From NCBI RefSeq assembly GCF_902652985.1, contig NC_047019.1, positions 19,034,001 to 19,098,000 on the forward strand: 64,000 nucleotides of DNA, written 5' to 3'. This document shows positions 1 to 13,049 of the stretch, piece by piece. Each line of letters starts with the position of its first letter. The first letter of the stretch is position 1. The notes beneath the pieces are model-generated. The model saw only the letters and a list, made by a program, of their open reading frames with translations. It made no database searches and was not told the DNA's origin. The stretch is from Pecten maximus (taxonomy: Eukaryota). A program made the position numbers and the translations under genes.

Positions 1-59
1 CGTTTACCCTTGCTTATGTTACCTTTAAAAATACTTTTTCAAAAAGTCATTTTACAGGG

Positions 60-480
60 AAGAATTCCACTAACATGGAGGTATGCTTATGCTTATGCTG
101 TATATACAGGAAAGGCTCCATCGGAGATCCTATTAATAATAGACCAATAGCAATTACTCAATGCTTCATTAAGCTCGCAGGAAAAAAATGTATTTATACA
201 TTATTTGGGCATGTATCTCAACATGACATAATATGTAATCATCAATATGGCTTCAAACATAAGGACTCAACAGTCGACCAACTTATTTATTTACGGTGCC
301 ATAATTAAAAACCTAGATTAAGGAAAATATATTAGATTAATTTCATGTGATATTAGCAAAGCATTTGATAGAGTTTGGCATAAGTAACTATTATATAGAT
401 TAAAATTATATAATACATGTATCTCTTGAAATCTATATATTTGTTTTCAGAAATTATTTATCAGACAGAAAACAAAAGGT
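60..480 (+). mobile_element. Degenerate non-LTR retrotransposon (CR1/L2-clade) reverse transcriptase fragment
   Basis: Translates to DPINNRPIAITQCFIKL...NHQYGFKHKDSTVDQLI, then after stops/frameshift ISCDISKAFDRVWHK*LLYRLK. These match LINE RT motifs (NYRPISL, QxGF, DxSKAFDxVxH). Multiple disablements. Confidence 0.85.
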
Positions 481-2476
481 ACAAAGCTGGCTAGTAACTG
501 AGATATGACCACTAGCTGAAATTTGAGTAAACTTTCTATCTTAAAGAGGCACTCCGTCGTTGAAATGAGTCTGTGCTATAAAAGAAAAGTAATCGAGAAT
601 TTTGTATTTTTTGCAACTGGAAAAATTTATAAACTTTACCCTAATACAACACTTAAAGTCTGAAGATGACCCAACGTTCTTAAAAGTAAAAGTTTTTGAA
701 AATTAGTCGCCACCGACGACTATTAATACGACCATGCGCAGACATGTTCACGAACAGAAACGAAAATGGCGTACGCAGCTCGCCGAGTGAATTATTTGCT
801 AATAGGTCACTGAAACGGAACCGGCATGATAATGAGGACAGGACAAGAAAGCGAACGTACAAAAAGTCGTATGAATCGATTCGGTCGAGTGAACGAGGTA
901 TTCGCATTGTTTCTGTTCGTAAGAAACCATAAATGATCGAAGCTACACAGAACTACTATGCGGACAAATCACAAACATTAGAACTAGATACTATCTCTTT
1001 AAAACAACAATAAAAGGACTACAAGTATAATGTGTATTTGTCTTATCTTTACACTAAATCCATGTACACGTTTTGTTTGTAAACACGTTTGCCCTGTGGT
1101 GCTCATATTTATGCGACTTTGTGCAGACGTCATAAAAGTGTGTATTCGTAGCTCATTTACTAACATAAGTAATTTATGTAAAACGAACTATAGTTGGGGT
1201 TAAAACGATACACCTACATGTGAATCTGCTTACGGTTGTCTGAGGTATCACGTGATATCGAAATGAAGCAGGGGAGGAGTGGCTGAACATTCTAGTGCGG
1301 ATGCACAGCGTCAGAGTTTTGAGGATTTTCTGTACAAATATGATCTATAATCCATCACAGTCTTAAATACAAAAATCTTACACAAATGTATTCATTTTCA
1401 CGAAATAGATTGTATATATGTTGTACCGTTTCAGGTGAGGAGTTATATAGGCACTGCCTATTGTCTAATCCTTATGCTGACACAGTAAATGTTAAACTAA
1501 TACAATGTGATTGATAAACATGTCCACAATAATCTTGTGACCGACTGCCATATGTGGTAAGGAAATGTTTTACCCAAGGGTGTCTTGTTACACTTCACAT
1601 GTCGCGACTTTTCTATCATTTAAAAATCTCTGCTTCACATAAAAATGGATTTAAAAAAAAAAATCATCATGGTGCGTGTGCCGTTGCATGTTGTAAAGAT
1701 TCATGCAAATCCTTTGTTTTGGTAAACACGTGTTTTTTTTTTATCTGGTCTGGTATGGTCCTCTATACATCAGGTAACCGAATATATCCGCATTTCATGC
1801 GTTTAGCACTAAGGAATACCTCTATCATACAAACACACGATGCAGATAATTAATTGATGGAATGGTGAGTGTGCGCAGCACAACATGTAAACCTGCCTAC
1901 CCCTTAAACCACCAACACTTATATATATAATTGTGCCGTATCATAAGCAGATCTCAGTCACGAGTGAAGAAATCTATTCTAGACTGGTAATCCACAGTAT
2001 AATCATGGCGTTATGCGTCATATACATACATTTACTTTCTGTTCTGTCCTTATAAAGCAGTTTAAGCTGTTCTGATCTGACAAGTACGTTAAAGTGTTGA
2101 TTTTAAGAATACACAGACGTTAACATATGGCAGTGGAGATTGTTTTGACATACTTATTTCATTATTGATTACCAACGCTGATTTATAAGCAACGTGATTG
2201 CGTTTAAGAATCAGACTAGAACCGAACACGTTCAATCAAAATCAATAAGACAGTAGCAACTTAAGTTTGGTAGACTCTTGAACCAACCGCCGCGAATGTA
2301 TCAAGAAAAATGTAAGAAATTCTCAAAATATGGAATCTTTTCATTGTTGTATATTATGTAGATATAAAGTTTTTTTTACAACATTGAACATTTATGTCTG
2401 CATACCACTTATACACACTCATAAAATTATTCATAAATGCATTCATAAGGCATTCATGTTATTTGTTAAGCAAACG

Positions 2477-3035
2477 TTTAGGTCCTCTGACCCGAAGTCC
2501 GTCGTTGTCGGCCGGGCGCCGTGCATAAACTTTTTAACATTTCAAATTTCTTTCCATCAGTGGGATTGAGCTCTAACTTGCCTGAAATGATCCTGAGATT
2601 GCCCTTAACAAGTGTTGTTACTTTTCGGGTAAGTCCGAAATCTAACATGGCCTCAATCTTGAAAAAAATACATTTAAAACTTCTTCTCCAGTTCCACTGG
2701 TGCCATACAGCTGGGAATTGGTAGGAATGTTAAGGGGAGGCAACAAAGTGTTGTTATTTTTGGCCCCGTAAAAACATTAATATGGCAGCCACGGCGGCCA
2801 TTTTGTAACATAAAAGCCCAATCATAGCTTTCCTGAACAACAGTTATTTCGAACTTCTCAAGTTTCACGAGTGGGATTCAGCTCCAACTTACCTTAAATA
2901 ATCGTGATATAGTTTTGATCAAGTGTTGTTATTTTTTGAAGTCGGTTGGAAACCCAAGATGGATGAGTATGTATATTTCAATAGTACAAGGGACTTTAGA
3001 GTCAGATGACCGTTAAGGCCCTGGGGTCTCTTGTT
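2477..3035 (+). mobile_element. Non-autonomous Helentron/HINE-like element
   Basis: 5' TTTAGGTCCTCTGACCCGAAG and 3' GTCAGATGACC form subterminal inverted repeats. Short GTCC/GTC tract, degenerate internal repeats (CAAGATGG/AATATGGC motifs), and a 3' hairpin AGGCCCTGGGGTCT followed by CTTGTT. Confidence 0.65.
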
Positions 3036-3179
3036 GACAGCGTTTGAATGTTTAATAATACCAAATTCAAAACTTTGAAAACAAAGATGTTACATGATGC
3101 CTGTCATCAGTTTCTTGCTGTGTAATCCAGCTGTTTCCGTGGTGATCTACTAATTAAAACAGTAGCCTATGTCATTGTT

Positions 3180-3560
3180 TTAAATGTTCGATTCCTGGCA
3201 TGAATCGATCATCTTGCCAGTGTTCATTGATGTCATCGTCATCAAAATATCACTGTGCGTGAGTTGACTTCGTTTAGATGTGGTAGTGGTTGGAAGGTAC
3301 CTCAGGCTAACATTGCTAAAAGTTAGGTTATGGGAATGCGAAGTGGCATTATCCAGTATTGTTTGGGTTTTTTTCATATCACTGTTGATTCTTCGAATTC
3401 AGACGATCCACGATGTTTTTATTGGAACGCAGCAATATACATGTAATATCATATCTGCATCTCGCTTACCCGGTAAAGCATTCGTTTTCTATGCAGATTC
3501 AACCGCATTTTTTAAAACTTTAAATGTGATTCAAATTAACAGCTATACCAACACTCACAT
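3180..3560 (-). mobile_element. pogo/Tigger-type (DDE_1) transposase relic
   Basis: Minus-strand ILDNATSHSHNLTFSNVSLRYLPTTTTSKRSQL resembles the Tigger motif LLDNAxxH...SNVxLxFLPPNTTSxLQPLD. Truncated and degenerate. Confidence 0.65.
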
Positions 3561-4439
3561 TTTCAGTTTCGTTATGTGTTTTACAAATAATCTTTATACA
3601 ACATATCTGTTATACGGTAATCTTTATATTACAAATGCTATCTAATGATGTGTATATGATATATCAATCATGTGCATTCATGTATATACGAGTTGTCTTT
3701 TTTGTAAGGAAGTAACCTCAAACAACAAACCAATATTCATCGAACCTTATTGCGTGTTCCGCTATTCTCAGGACGAGTTATATAAATTCGATGTGTTCAT
3801 GTTCATTCATGAGTATACGATGGTAGACGGATATTTAAACCGTATCGGTTTTTTTTATGACGTTTTGGTAAAGCACAAAGGACCGTGTTGGTTCTTGTTC
3901 CAGTATACAAAATAGCCATTTCATTCTGAATCAGCTACATGTTTAAATTAAATATGACTGTACGGCGACAACATTAAAGCCCTTGCGAATATTAACATTG
4001 GTTTTACATAATTGGCAGGTTACCGATGAATTCCGATACATATTTATATATGCTTTATGAAATATATAAAAGGGATACATTTTTGTATATCTCAATGAAG
4101 CATTGAATTAGTTTGATTTTGTATTGTTTAACGTCCTGTCAAAAGGTTTGGTCATTAAGTGCGGCACTGATCCAATGTAGCATGTTTCTAAGAAGTATTG
4201 TCTAGGAAGATAGAGTACCTCGGTATCTAAGTATTGAGATTATGATTTGTATTCGTTTGGTGTTTTGTATTTTAACTATTCTCGTTTAATCTTTTAAAAT
4301 GTGCACGGATGTTGAAAAGATGTAAAACTTTATTAGTATCCTTAATATATATTGTGCAACAGTGGGGAAGGATGTCCTGCATAATAATATTTTTATAAAC
4401 CTACTTTGCTACACATTTTTATTCAGATTGACTGACAAA

Positions 4440-5625
4440 AGCTCACACAAATGACCGCAGACAACAAATCACTCAGGCAGACCGCTGCCGCTGACTGATA
4501 ATCACCGAAAAAGACCGCTGACAACAAATCACCCAGGTAAACCGCTCACGCTGACAAACAAATTCAGGTAGACCTCTGACGCTAACAACAAATCACACAA
4601 GTAGGTCGATGACAACAACAAATCACGCAAGTAGGTCGATGACAACAACTAATCACACAAGTAGGTCGATGACAACAACAAATCACGCAAGTAGGTCGAT
4701 GACAACAACAAATCACACAAGTAGGTCGATGACAACAATTACCAATATAGATCACTGACAACAAATCACCAAGATAGACCACTGACAACAAATCGACCAG
4801 ATAGACCGATGACAACAAATCATCCAGATAGACCACTGACAACAAATCACCAAGATAGACCACTGACAACAAATCGACTAGATAGACCGATGACAACAAA
4901 TCACCCAGATAGACCACTGACAACAAATCACCAAGATAGACCGCTGACAACAAATCACCAAGATAGACCGCTGACAACAAATCGACCAGATAGACCATTG
5001 ACAAAAAATCACCCAGATAGACCGATGACAACAAATCACCCAGATAGACCGATGACAACAAATCACCTTAGTAGACCGCTGACAACAAATTACACAAGAA
5101 GACCGCTGACAACAAATCACACAAGTAGGTCGATGACAACAACAAATCACGCAAGTAGGTCGATGACAACAACAAATCACACAAGTAGGTCGATAACAAC
5201 AACAAATCACACAAGTAGGTCGATGACAACAACAAATCACACAAGTAGGTCGATGACAACAACAAATCACACAAGTAGATCGATGACAACAATTACCAAG
5301 ATAGACCGCTGACAACAAATCACCAAGATAGAAGGATAACAAAAATCACCACGATAGCCCGATGACAACAAATCACCAAGATAGACCGCTGACAACAAAT
5401 CGACCAGATAAACCGATGACAACAAATCACCCAGATAGATAACTGACAACAAATCACCAAGATAGACCACTGACAACAAATCGACCAGATAGACCACTGA
5501 CAACAAATCACCCAGATAGACCGATGACAACAAATCACCTTAAAAGACCGCTGACAACAAATTACACAAGTAGACTGCTGACAAAAATTACACAAGTAGA
5601 CCGCTGGCAACAAATCATTCAGGTA
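4440..5625. repeat. Composite minisatellite of 27-bp and 30-bp units
   Basis: Units GACAACAAATCACCCAGATAGACCACT (27 bp) and GACAACAACAAATCACACAAGTAGGTCGAT (30 bp) in alternating blocks. Confidence 0.95.
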
Positions 5626-8562
5626 AATGCGGCTTTTTTTTTTGCACCCTGTCAACATACTTGATTGTGTTACAATGAAAGTTCAGCACAAAGTTCAGCC
5701 TGCCGAGAAAATCACACGGAATTTACCAGATCGTCAAATTAATATTTTCGCGGAAAATAGGTTATATCTGGAAACAACTCAGTTATTTTAAAACACATAA
5801 CTAGATTTATTTTTTAGTATAAAGGCCCTTTGAGTAAAATATTTTCACGCCTTCAATCACAGTTATTTTAACGTTAATTTATTGGTAATTTGATCATAGC
5901 TCGTTTAAATTAAATATTGACTGTTCAGTGGCACAAGTATCCGATATACTATAAATACACCACATACGTGCCCAAATGGCCTGGTTAATGAACTGGACCA
6001 CGGTAGGATAGTGAAAGTATTTGCTTAATACTCTAAATCGGAATGATTAAATACGACGTTATGCATACATAGTTGGTAGCGTACAAACGCGTTAAATATA
6101 ATATCGGTTGAGGAGAAAACAGTCATATGATTACTCGTAGGTTTACAACGTCTGGTATTGCTATGCTATACTCCAGATGTGAGTGTGGGGTGCCTAGTCA
6201 ACAGGTGACAGCTAGCATATGGACAGTAGTGTAGTGTGTGAGGTATGCGATTGGTCGAATTGCAACGGGTGTATAATCAACCTAGGGGGGCCAGTAGAGC
6301 TTAGCGACCTCATGATGATAACATGTTAATAAACGTAAAACTACACACGCGTGTTTTGATTGTATGGAAGCTAACAACAATTATGTGCAAGCAAGTAAAT
6401 CTTATCTCGTCATTCTTAATCAAAACCATCGGGAATCTTATTTCTTGAAAGTCAAATGTGTGTAAAGTATAACTCCCGTTATCGTAGACAACGAAAAACA
6501 CCAATAATGTATCATTTCTATTGTTTAATTTTGTATGAATATGTTTGCTGCACAAGTGGAGGTAACATAGATACACAAAGGACGAATAAGGACAATACAA
6601 TGTGTACATTAAGTTACATGTCCGAGATTCTTACTTTACTGTAGGGCATGTATGCAGTTTCCAATAAAAAATGCAGTCAATCATCATTTACAACGTACAT
6701 AGATTAAGTTGGCTAGGTGCCAATATATTATTCAGTTCAAGAAAGCGAGACAAGTCCTTATAGAAATTAATATATAGAACACATATCTTTTTTTAGGTTT
6801 GGAAATCCACATCTTTTTGGGACGATAAAAATAGAAACAGCGCACAGGAGAACACTTATATTAGAGTGGAAAAATTTATTTTTCACACGGAAAAGTTATA
6901 TAAACAACCAGACGAAGACTAATGTAAGTTAAGTAGCTCATGATACTGATGTAATGTACAACATTTTCGTACACACTACATCCTCGTATTCATTTTCAAA
7001 TTGACGTTGATGTTTACTGGTGATACACGCGTGAACAGATCTTAAGTATTGTCATGGTAAGCTGGAAAAGTGTCCCTAGTTAAATAGTAAAATTCTAATG
7101 GTTTTCTTATGCAAAGTACACGTTTAGCTTATGCAAAATTCAGGGTAGCTTTACGACACACGTGTATTTGAAATTGACGGTACGCTGACATATCTATAAA
7201 ACCAATCATTTTGTCATTTCTACATCTTTTGCTTGTTTCTAGTATGGATACATTTTTATATATAAAATATATATAGATATTTGTATGAATTGTCCGGTCC
7301 GATTGATCCCGAGCAGCAAATATTACACATAACATCTAAATAATTGTGTTACCAACCCTTGGCTTAATCTTAAGCAATACGATTCGCATCAAGGTACAAT
7401 AGCCCGATTTCCTGTTTATATTTATTGGAAAAAGTGTTGTTGCTATTCATAGCTAGCTCCTTGTTTGAATAACAATGTGTTTGATATTTGTGTGTTTGAA
7501 GGATACTCAAATGTGACATTGATTGGTTACCAGGATGTGGTATTTCCCGCCTTTTCTCGACGTTTTATTTTCTGATAAGACTTTTCTAAACTTTATTGCT
7601 ATGCTATAAAGCTACACACTATTTCATACCGATGTACATTATCACCTGTTTGCAATTCTAGGCAAATAACATATTCTGTGTGGAACAACAGCTGTAAAAC
7701 CTTTAAAACGAACGCCGCCAAGGTCATTTGACCGGTTAGATATTGGCTGTTTTATAGAGAAGGAAGTATTTATCAACATATTTCTATCTCTTGACCTTTG
7801 TATGATGAAATAAGAGTGAAATATACCTTTGTGACAGTCACAGCTTATTCAAACGGAAACGGGGCTTAAGCATATCGACACATCAAATTTACAAGGAAAA
7901 GATTATTACAGATAGCTTCCTGTTACTCTGAATTATATGATAGAAAACGTTATCAACTGCAAATAAAGGCGTTCGCTTAAATATATTTTAGTCGCTTGGT
8001 GCCGTAAATTGGGACGGGTTTGAGTGCCGTTTGCAATATATAGCTTACATTAACCTAGACCTTACACAACTGACATCTAACAGGAATCACATTGATTAAC
8101 CTACAAGTTTGTACCTATACTCATATATCTTACATTACTGACAGATTTATATATTGCGTTTTTAAATCTTAAACTAAACATATCATAATTTTTATTGTAC
8201 ATTATAATTCCAATTTGAAGATGAATCCCAGAAGAGCCACGCTATGTAAATGTAAGTAAAACGCAAGAACAACAGAGATTTCAGCAAACCTTTATTGTAT
8301 CGAAGGGAAATGTGCTATGTTACACAAAAAAGATTTGTAATACCTACGGAACAGGATATATGAGACACAAAGCATTCACATAAGCAATTGCAAATTTGAC
8401 ACAATACAAATAATGAAGATACATTGCACATTATAATACACGACAAAGCACCCATATTGAAGTTAGAACAACTACCAATATGGATATAGTGTTTATCATA
8501 AGTTATACGCAGTTTATCATGATATATGGGATCATAATGGAAACAGTATGATATACACGTGT

Positions 8563-9744
8563 TCAGCTGAAAAATGGAACAAGTCCGTAATCTGCCGGAA
8601 TTTCTACTGAACAGTTACCATATACAGACAGTGGGGAGGACAGGTCTCTGTCTGTCACATGCCACGTGCAAGTCTCGGGCGAATACACGTACACAGTTTT
8701 TAGAGCATTGTCATCATTAAGTGTTTTTCCACCAGCAAAGAAGATCCCTTCTTTTTCTGCGAACATTGCAAAGTTTGTACAACACACTGGCATATGTGTA
8801 CAAATAACGTTTTGATTTGAATCTGGATCATACGACACAAGTCGTCCATTACCGCACGCAACGAAGATCTTTCCATTTCTCACCACCGCCTGCCCTTCTG
8901 ATGTAGGGAATGGGAGGCTTGTCAGAATTTTGCATGTCTTTGTTTGCGGATCATACACCTGAACATTGGGCGTTTCTTTGCCATTGTCTAATATTCCACC
9001 AAACACGTAAATCTTGTTGTCGTGTTTGATTGCGCACGCACTGTGAACAGCTACTTCTAGATTTCCAACTATTTTCCAGGAATGGCGTTTTGAAGTGAAT
9101 TCCTCGATGGAACAAATCACCTCGCCCTTGTTATTTTTTCCTCCGAATACATAGAGTTTGTTCTGAACACATGTCATACAGTGGAGAGATCTACCCTTAA
9201 CTAGTCGTTTTGAACACCTCTTCCTTTTGTTCAATACAATATCACAATGATAAACGTCTCCCGAACACTTCCCACCCCCAGAAACGTACACATGAGGGGC
9301 GTCATATCCATGGTCTTGTAAGCAGCAAACTGCACATCCAGCTCCTACACCCGAAAGTTCTGGAATCTGGCATATTTTCTGGAAATTCTTTCGGCAATCA
9401 TACAAGTGACAAACGAGGGGGCCAGATGGCCGATCTTCTCTGTTTCCGATGAACATTAATTGGTAGCGAGATGCTTCATTCTTTGATTTCGGCCCTAGGC
9501 TAAGGCGCCGGCACAGGCTATTATTCCTGAGAAAGTTTTCACATTCATACTGTAATTTATCATGGTGAAGTTGGCGCGATATTGCCAGGAACTGTTCAAC
9601 GTTGGAGGAATTGATACATTCTTCGTGTTCAAAGCAACCCTCACAGAAATAGGTAGCAAGATACTTCTTCGATTTCGGGTCTAGACTTTCATGAATCAGA
9701 TTCGGGTACAGATTACTGCTTGAGTTTAAATTCTGGCACTGCAT
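8563..9744 (-). CDS. Kelch-repeat protein with truncated (C-terminal half) BTB, paralog A; CDS in a single exon, ~393 aa from first in-frame ATG
   Basis: Kelch blades HVYVSGG, KLYVFGG..EEFTSKRHSW, KIYVFGG..VYDPQTK, GIFFAGG..YSPETCTW. N-terminal LDPKS..LATYF..INSSNVEQFLAISRQL..LQYECENFL resembles BTB C-terminal helices. The track start at 9837 is GTG; first in-frame ATG is 9744. AATAAA (minus) at 8291-8296. Clear paralog at 48535. Confidence 0.9.
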   Translation of the reverse strand: MQCQNLNSSSNLYPNLIHESLDPKSKKYLATYFCEGCFEHEECINSSNVEQFLAISRQLHHDKLQYECENFLRNNSLCRRLSLGPKSKNEASRYQLMFIGNREDRPSGPLVCHLYDCRKNFQKICQIPELSGVGAGCAVCCLQDHGYDAPHVYVSGGGKCSGDVYHCDIVLNKRKRCSKRLVKGRSLHCMTCVQNKLYVFGGKNNKGEVICSIEEFTSKRHSWKIVGNLEVAVHSACAIKHDNKIYVFGGILDNGKETPNVQVYDPQTKTCKILTSLPFPTSEGQAVVRNGKIFVACGNGRLVSYDPDSNQNVICTHMPVCCTNFAMFAEKEGIFFAGGKTLNDDNALKTVYVYSPETCTWHVTDRDLSSPLSVYGNCSVEIPADYGLVPFFS

Positions 9745-10374
9745 GGTGTGTGGATATAGTTCAACACTGAACCTGGAATTTGTCGCTGAAAGTAAGCAGC
9801 CAAGCTTGGGTCGCCCGTATGTGTGGTCATACCACACTATCTTGTTGTGTTGTCTTTCCTGTTTATATTCTACAATAAATAAAGAGGAGCATTATATATA
9901 TTACATACTTTCTGTCCACAATACATCACACCGGAAGCAGGCAGTTAACAGGAGGAAATTTGGAGACGAGATTAAGTGGTTATAACACTAGGGCGAAGAT
10001 AATGTTGTGCATTGTACATCTCTTCAAGTGTTAACAACGGGATGTTTTGTATGATATATGTTCCTATGTGGACGGATCCATGTTTTAAATCTGTCTCCAC
10101 CACTCACGAAAACAAAGACAAATCGATATAGCAATCGCCCACGTAACGTTATTCACAATGTTTTAATATGGTTTTGATATAAACATCATTTATAATGTCA
10201 CACATACAAAGTATATGATATAAGTGTAGATCACTACATACATAAGATCAGTGTTTCAATATAACGTAATGGATACCAACATAAAGACGAAAGTGCATTG
10301 TCCCAATCCAACCATGAGGTATTGAATCGATTCATGTGTTGAATCTCACAAATACACACAGATAAATGACTCAC

Positions 10375-10560
10375 CTACTGATAAAAGCAGTTTCCGGAGA
10401 CTAGTATCAGCTCATCTGCCTTTGTAGTAAATTTTAGATATCGTGTGCCCTGTTCCCGCTGTGTACTACAACCAACAAGTAACTTCACGTTTAAAACTCT
10501 TTCTGCGATGATCAGTTTTATATGTCACACTAGTCTATTTACGGTACAGCGGTATTTCCC
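10375..10560 (-). promoter_or_regulatory. Putative promoter and non-coding first exon of Kelch paralog A
   Basis: Minus-strand TATAAAA at 10516-10522, kB-like GGGAAATACC at 10551-10560, donor CAGTAG|GTGAGT at 10375/10374, acceptor TTTATTGTAG| ending at 9870. Confidence 0.6.
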
Positions 10561-13049
10561 TCTTTGTTAACATCGACGCTATTATTAGATAGCATTTAGT
10601 CATGGCTGGAGACCTAGCTACCACGTCGCTGTTGTTACCGCAAACACGTTCACCGGCGCCTTGCTTTTTTTAACAGGTAACCCGTAGAACTCGAGCGTGT
10701 ACAAACTCGATAAGGGTATTTATCCTACTTCTTAGTCTAAATGACATTGCTGACCATGAGTTTCATGTATAAAATGTTCATGTGATGTTTATTAACTCAA
10801 ATCGTCAACATACTATATTCCTGTATCCCCATTAAAGTCCGTATCATTATGGCTAATTTCAATGGGGAATAATCCTGCATCTCGAAGCATGAGTTGTAAT
10901 GTAGAATAATAAATGTGTAAAGTTCTTAACTAACACTAATAAATGAAACCCCAAATGTTTAATTTAAGATGATGATTTAAGCTGTCAATACCATAACAAA
11001 TTGGTTCAGATTACAGCTGAACAGTATTTAGAGTTCGCATAATACTTCTGAGAAGCCATTGATATATATAGATAATACATCTGATATAAGCGGACAGAAG
11101 ACATATATTGGCACCTCATATATAAATGTGACATTATTTGTAAATAATTCTTTTTCTTTTCTTTTTTTTTAATTTTGTGAAATTGCAATTAGCTGTTCAT
11201 TAAGCTGACGATACTTCTAGTAATGTGCAATCATTGTCTATACTAAGAATTACCACACCAATGTCCAGGTGTTAAATCACATAGCAAAAATGGAATGAGA
11301 CTGATAATTTAAGAAGTATTTCTAGGGTTTAAAATACTCAAAATATAAATATAGCACATTTTGTATGAAATCTTGATTCAAATGTATTTTAAACTAAAAC
11401 CTTTTTTTCAGAACAAAATTATAATTTGTAATAGAATGAATTTAATATTCTGATAAATAGTGACGTTATATACTTTCAACAGCTGGAAAACCATAAATAA
11501 TCTGTTCTACGTATATTATATCAACGTTCAAACATCACCTTATGATTCATTTGAAAGTGACACTGTCGTCTATAATAGTAAAAACCTGTGTGGGTATTAT
11601 TTAGTTGATATAGTCATATAGCGTCATTTTAGTGGTCGCTGTTTTTTAATCAAAGGTTTGAAAAGAGTTTATTTACGTGACCTACTTTCAAATGTCAAAT
11701 AAATCATTTGTTGTATTGAAATTATTAAATGTAGGTATATTATATGGACAGTTTGGTTAAAGTACAACAAGTTATTTACAGTTATTCACGAGATGAAATG
11801 ACAAACAGAGTCCATCCCTTCGTGGCCACAGATTAACATAGTTACACTGTTGTTAAGGTTATTTGTTTTGATAATTATTCTAGGTCATTTTCAAATTCTA
11901 TACTTTATTTGTTTTAAATCTATATACAGTACTGTACGTCGTCATTGTATATACACTGCAGCTCATTAAAGGTGTCCTTAAGTGTTGTCATTGAGCATTA
12001 TGGTATAGGCTACAACAACTTACTCCAAGTGTTTGTTCGGCGGTTGCAATATTTGATATACATGTATATATATATATGTATATGAATTTAAAACTAGAAG
12101 AATGAATCTATCTGAACATATTATAAACCAGTCCAAGTATTGAAGGTACAGAGAAACCGTGAAATATGATCTTATTTCAATGAGAATGTGTTAGCGTGTT
12201 ACATGTTTCAGAATACAGTGTCGTATTACTCGGTACACAAGGTTACTTAAGGTAGGTTGAATAGGTAAGGAATGTGGTCATACTTCAGCTGTTACACATC
12301 CATAGGTGTGTACAGTACATATGTTTTTATTGATGGTGGGCGATCGCAGATACACTGTCTGGGTAATACTTCAGCGTTTTAACTTTTATGTATATACCCC
12401 AATTAAGACTCCAGAAAAGATCAAGGTTTCTAATCAAATAACACTATAAACAGAAGAAATAAATATTTATAAGTATAAGAATTCACATCACATATATGAC
12501 AGAGATTGTCCACAGTGACATTAATTTTTCAATGTAATTTGTGTGTTTTTGGATAGCAATGGAAATACAACCACATAACTTAAAACTTAATGTTAGACTT
12601 TAATGTTGATGCAGAAATAAAAAAAAAATCGCGTCGCAACATGAACTTGTGTTTTGTGCACGCAGATCATGATTAAATATCACAGTATCAGTTGTAGCCA
12701 TGGGGCAACCTGATATAACATACTGCGGCAGTACTTTTCCACGAGAGTTGTATACAAATGGATGTATATAAATAACTTTTTGACTCAGAAATTATCAAAT
12801 GTAAAATATCATACTACGACACTCGTCAAACCAGGAAGTTTGTTTGATTTAGTGTGACTAATCATATTATAGGTGTTGTTATATAAAATGAAAAAGATAA
12901 AAATAAAAAAAAATAAAAACCAGAAAAAAACAACAGCAATATGAATATACAGAATATGAAAAGCTATACCGGATGAATATTTATTTTAATAGATGAACCG
13001 GATCAATTATAATATAAATAGATATACCGAATAAAATCATTATATACAT

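Noticed and set aside
541-1330. Possible Kolobok-like element starting TTAAAGAGGCACTCC, and ORFs 680-907 / 696-932
   Set aside because: No convincing matching right TIR found; the ORFs have no recognisable motifs.
4582-5658. Long repetitive ORFs on both strands
   Set aside because: Explained by 27/30-bp minisatellite units; no splice or promoter support.
9745-9837. N-terminal extension MWYDHTYG... of Kelch A
   Set aside because: Begins at GTG, not ATG; unlikely start in a eukaryote.
10588-10612. Similarity AGTCATGGC(T/C)GG between the upstream regions of Kelch A and B (47990-48010)
   Set aside because: Same strand although the genes are inverted, and too short to distinguish from chance.
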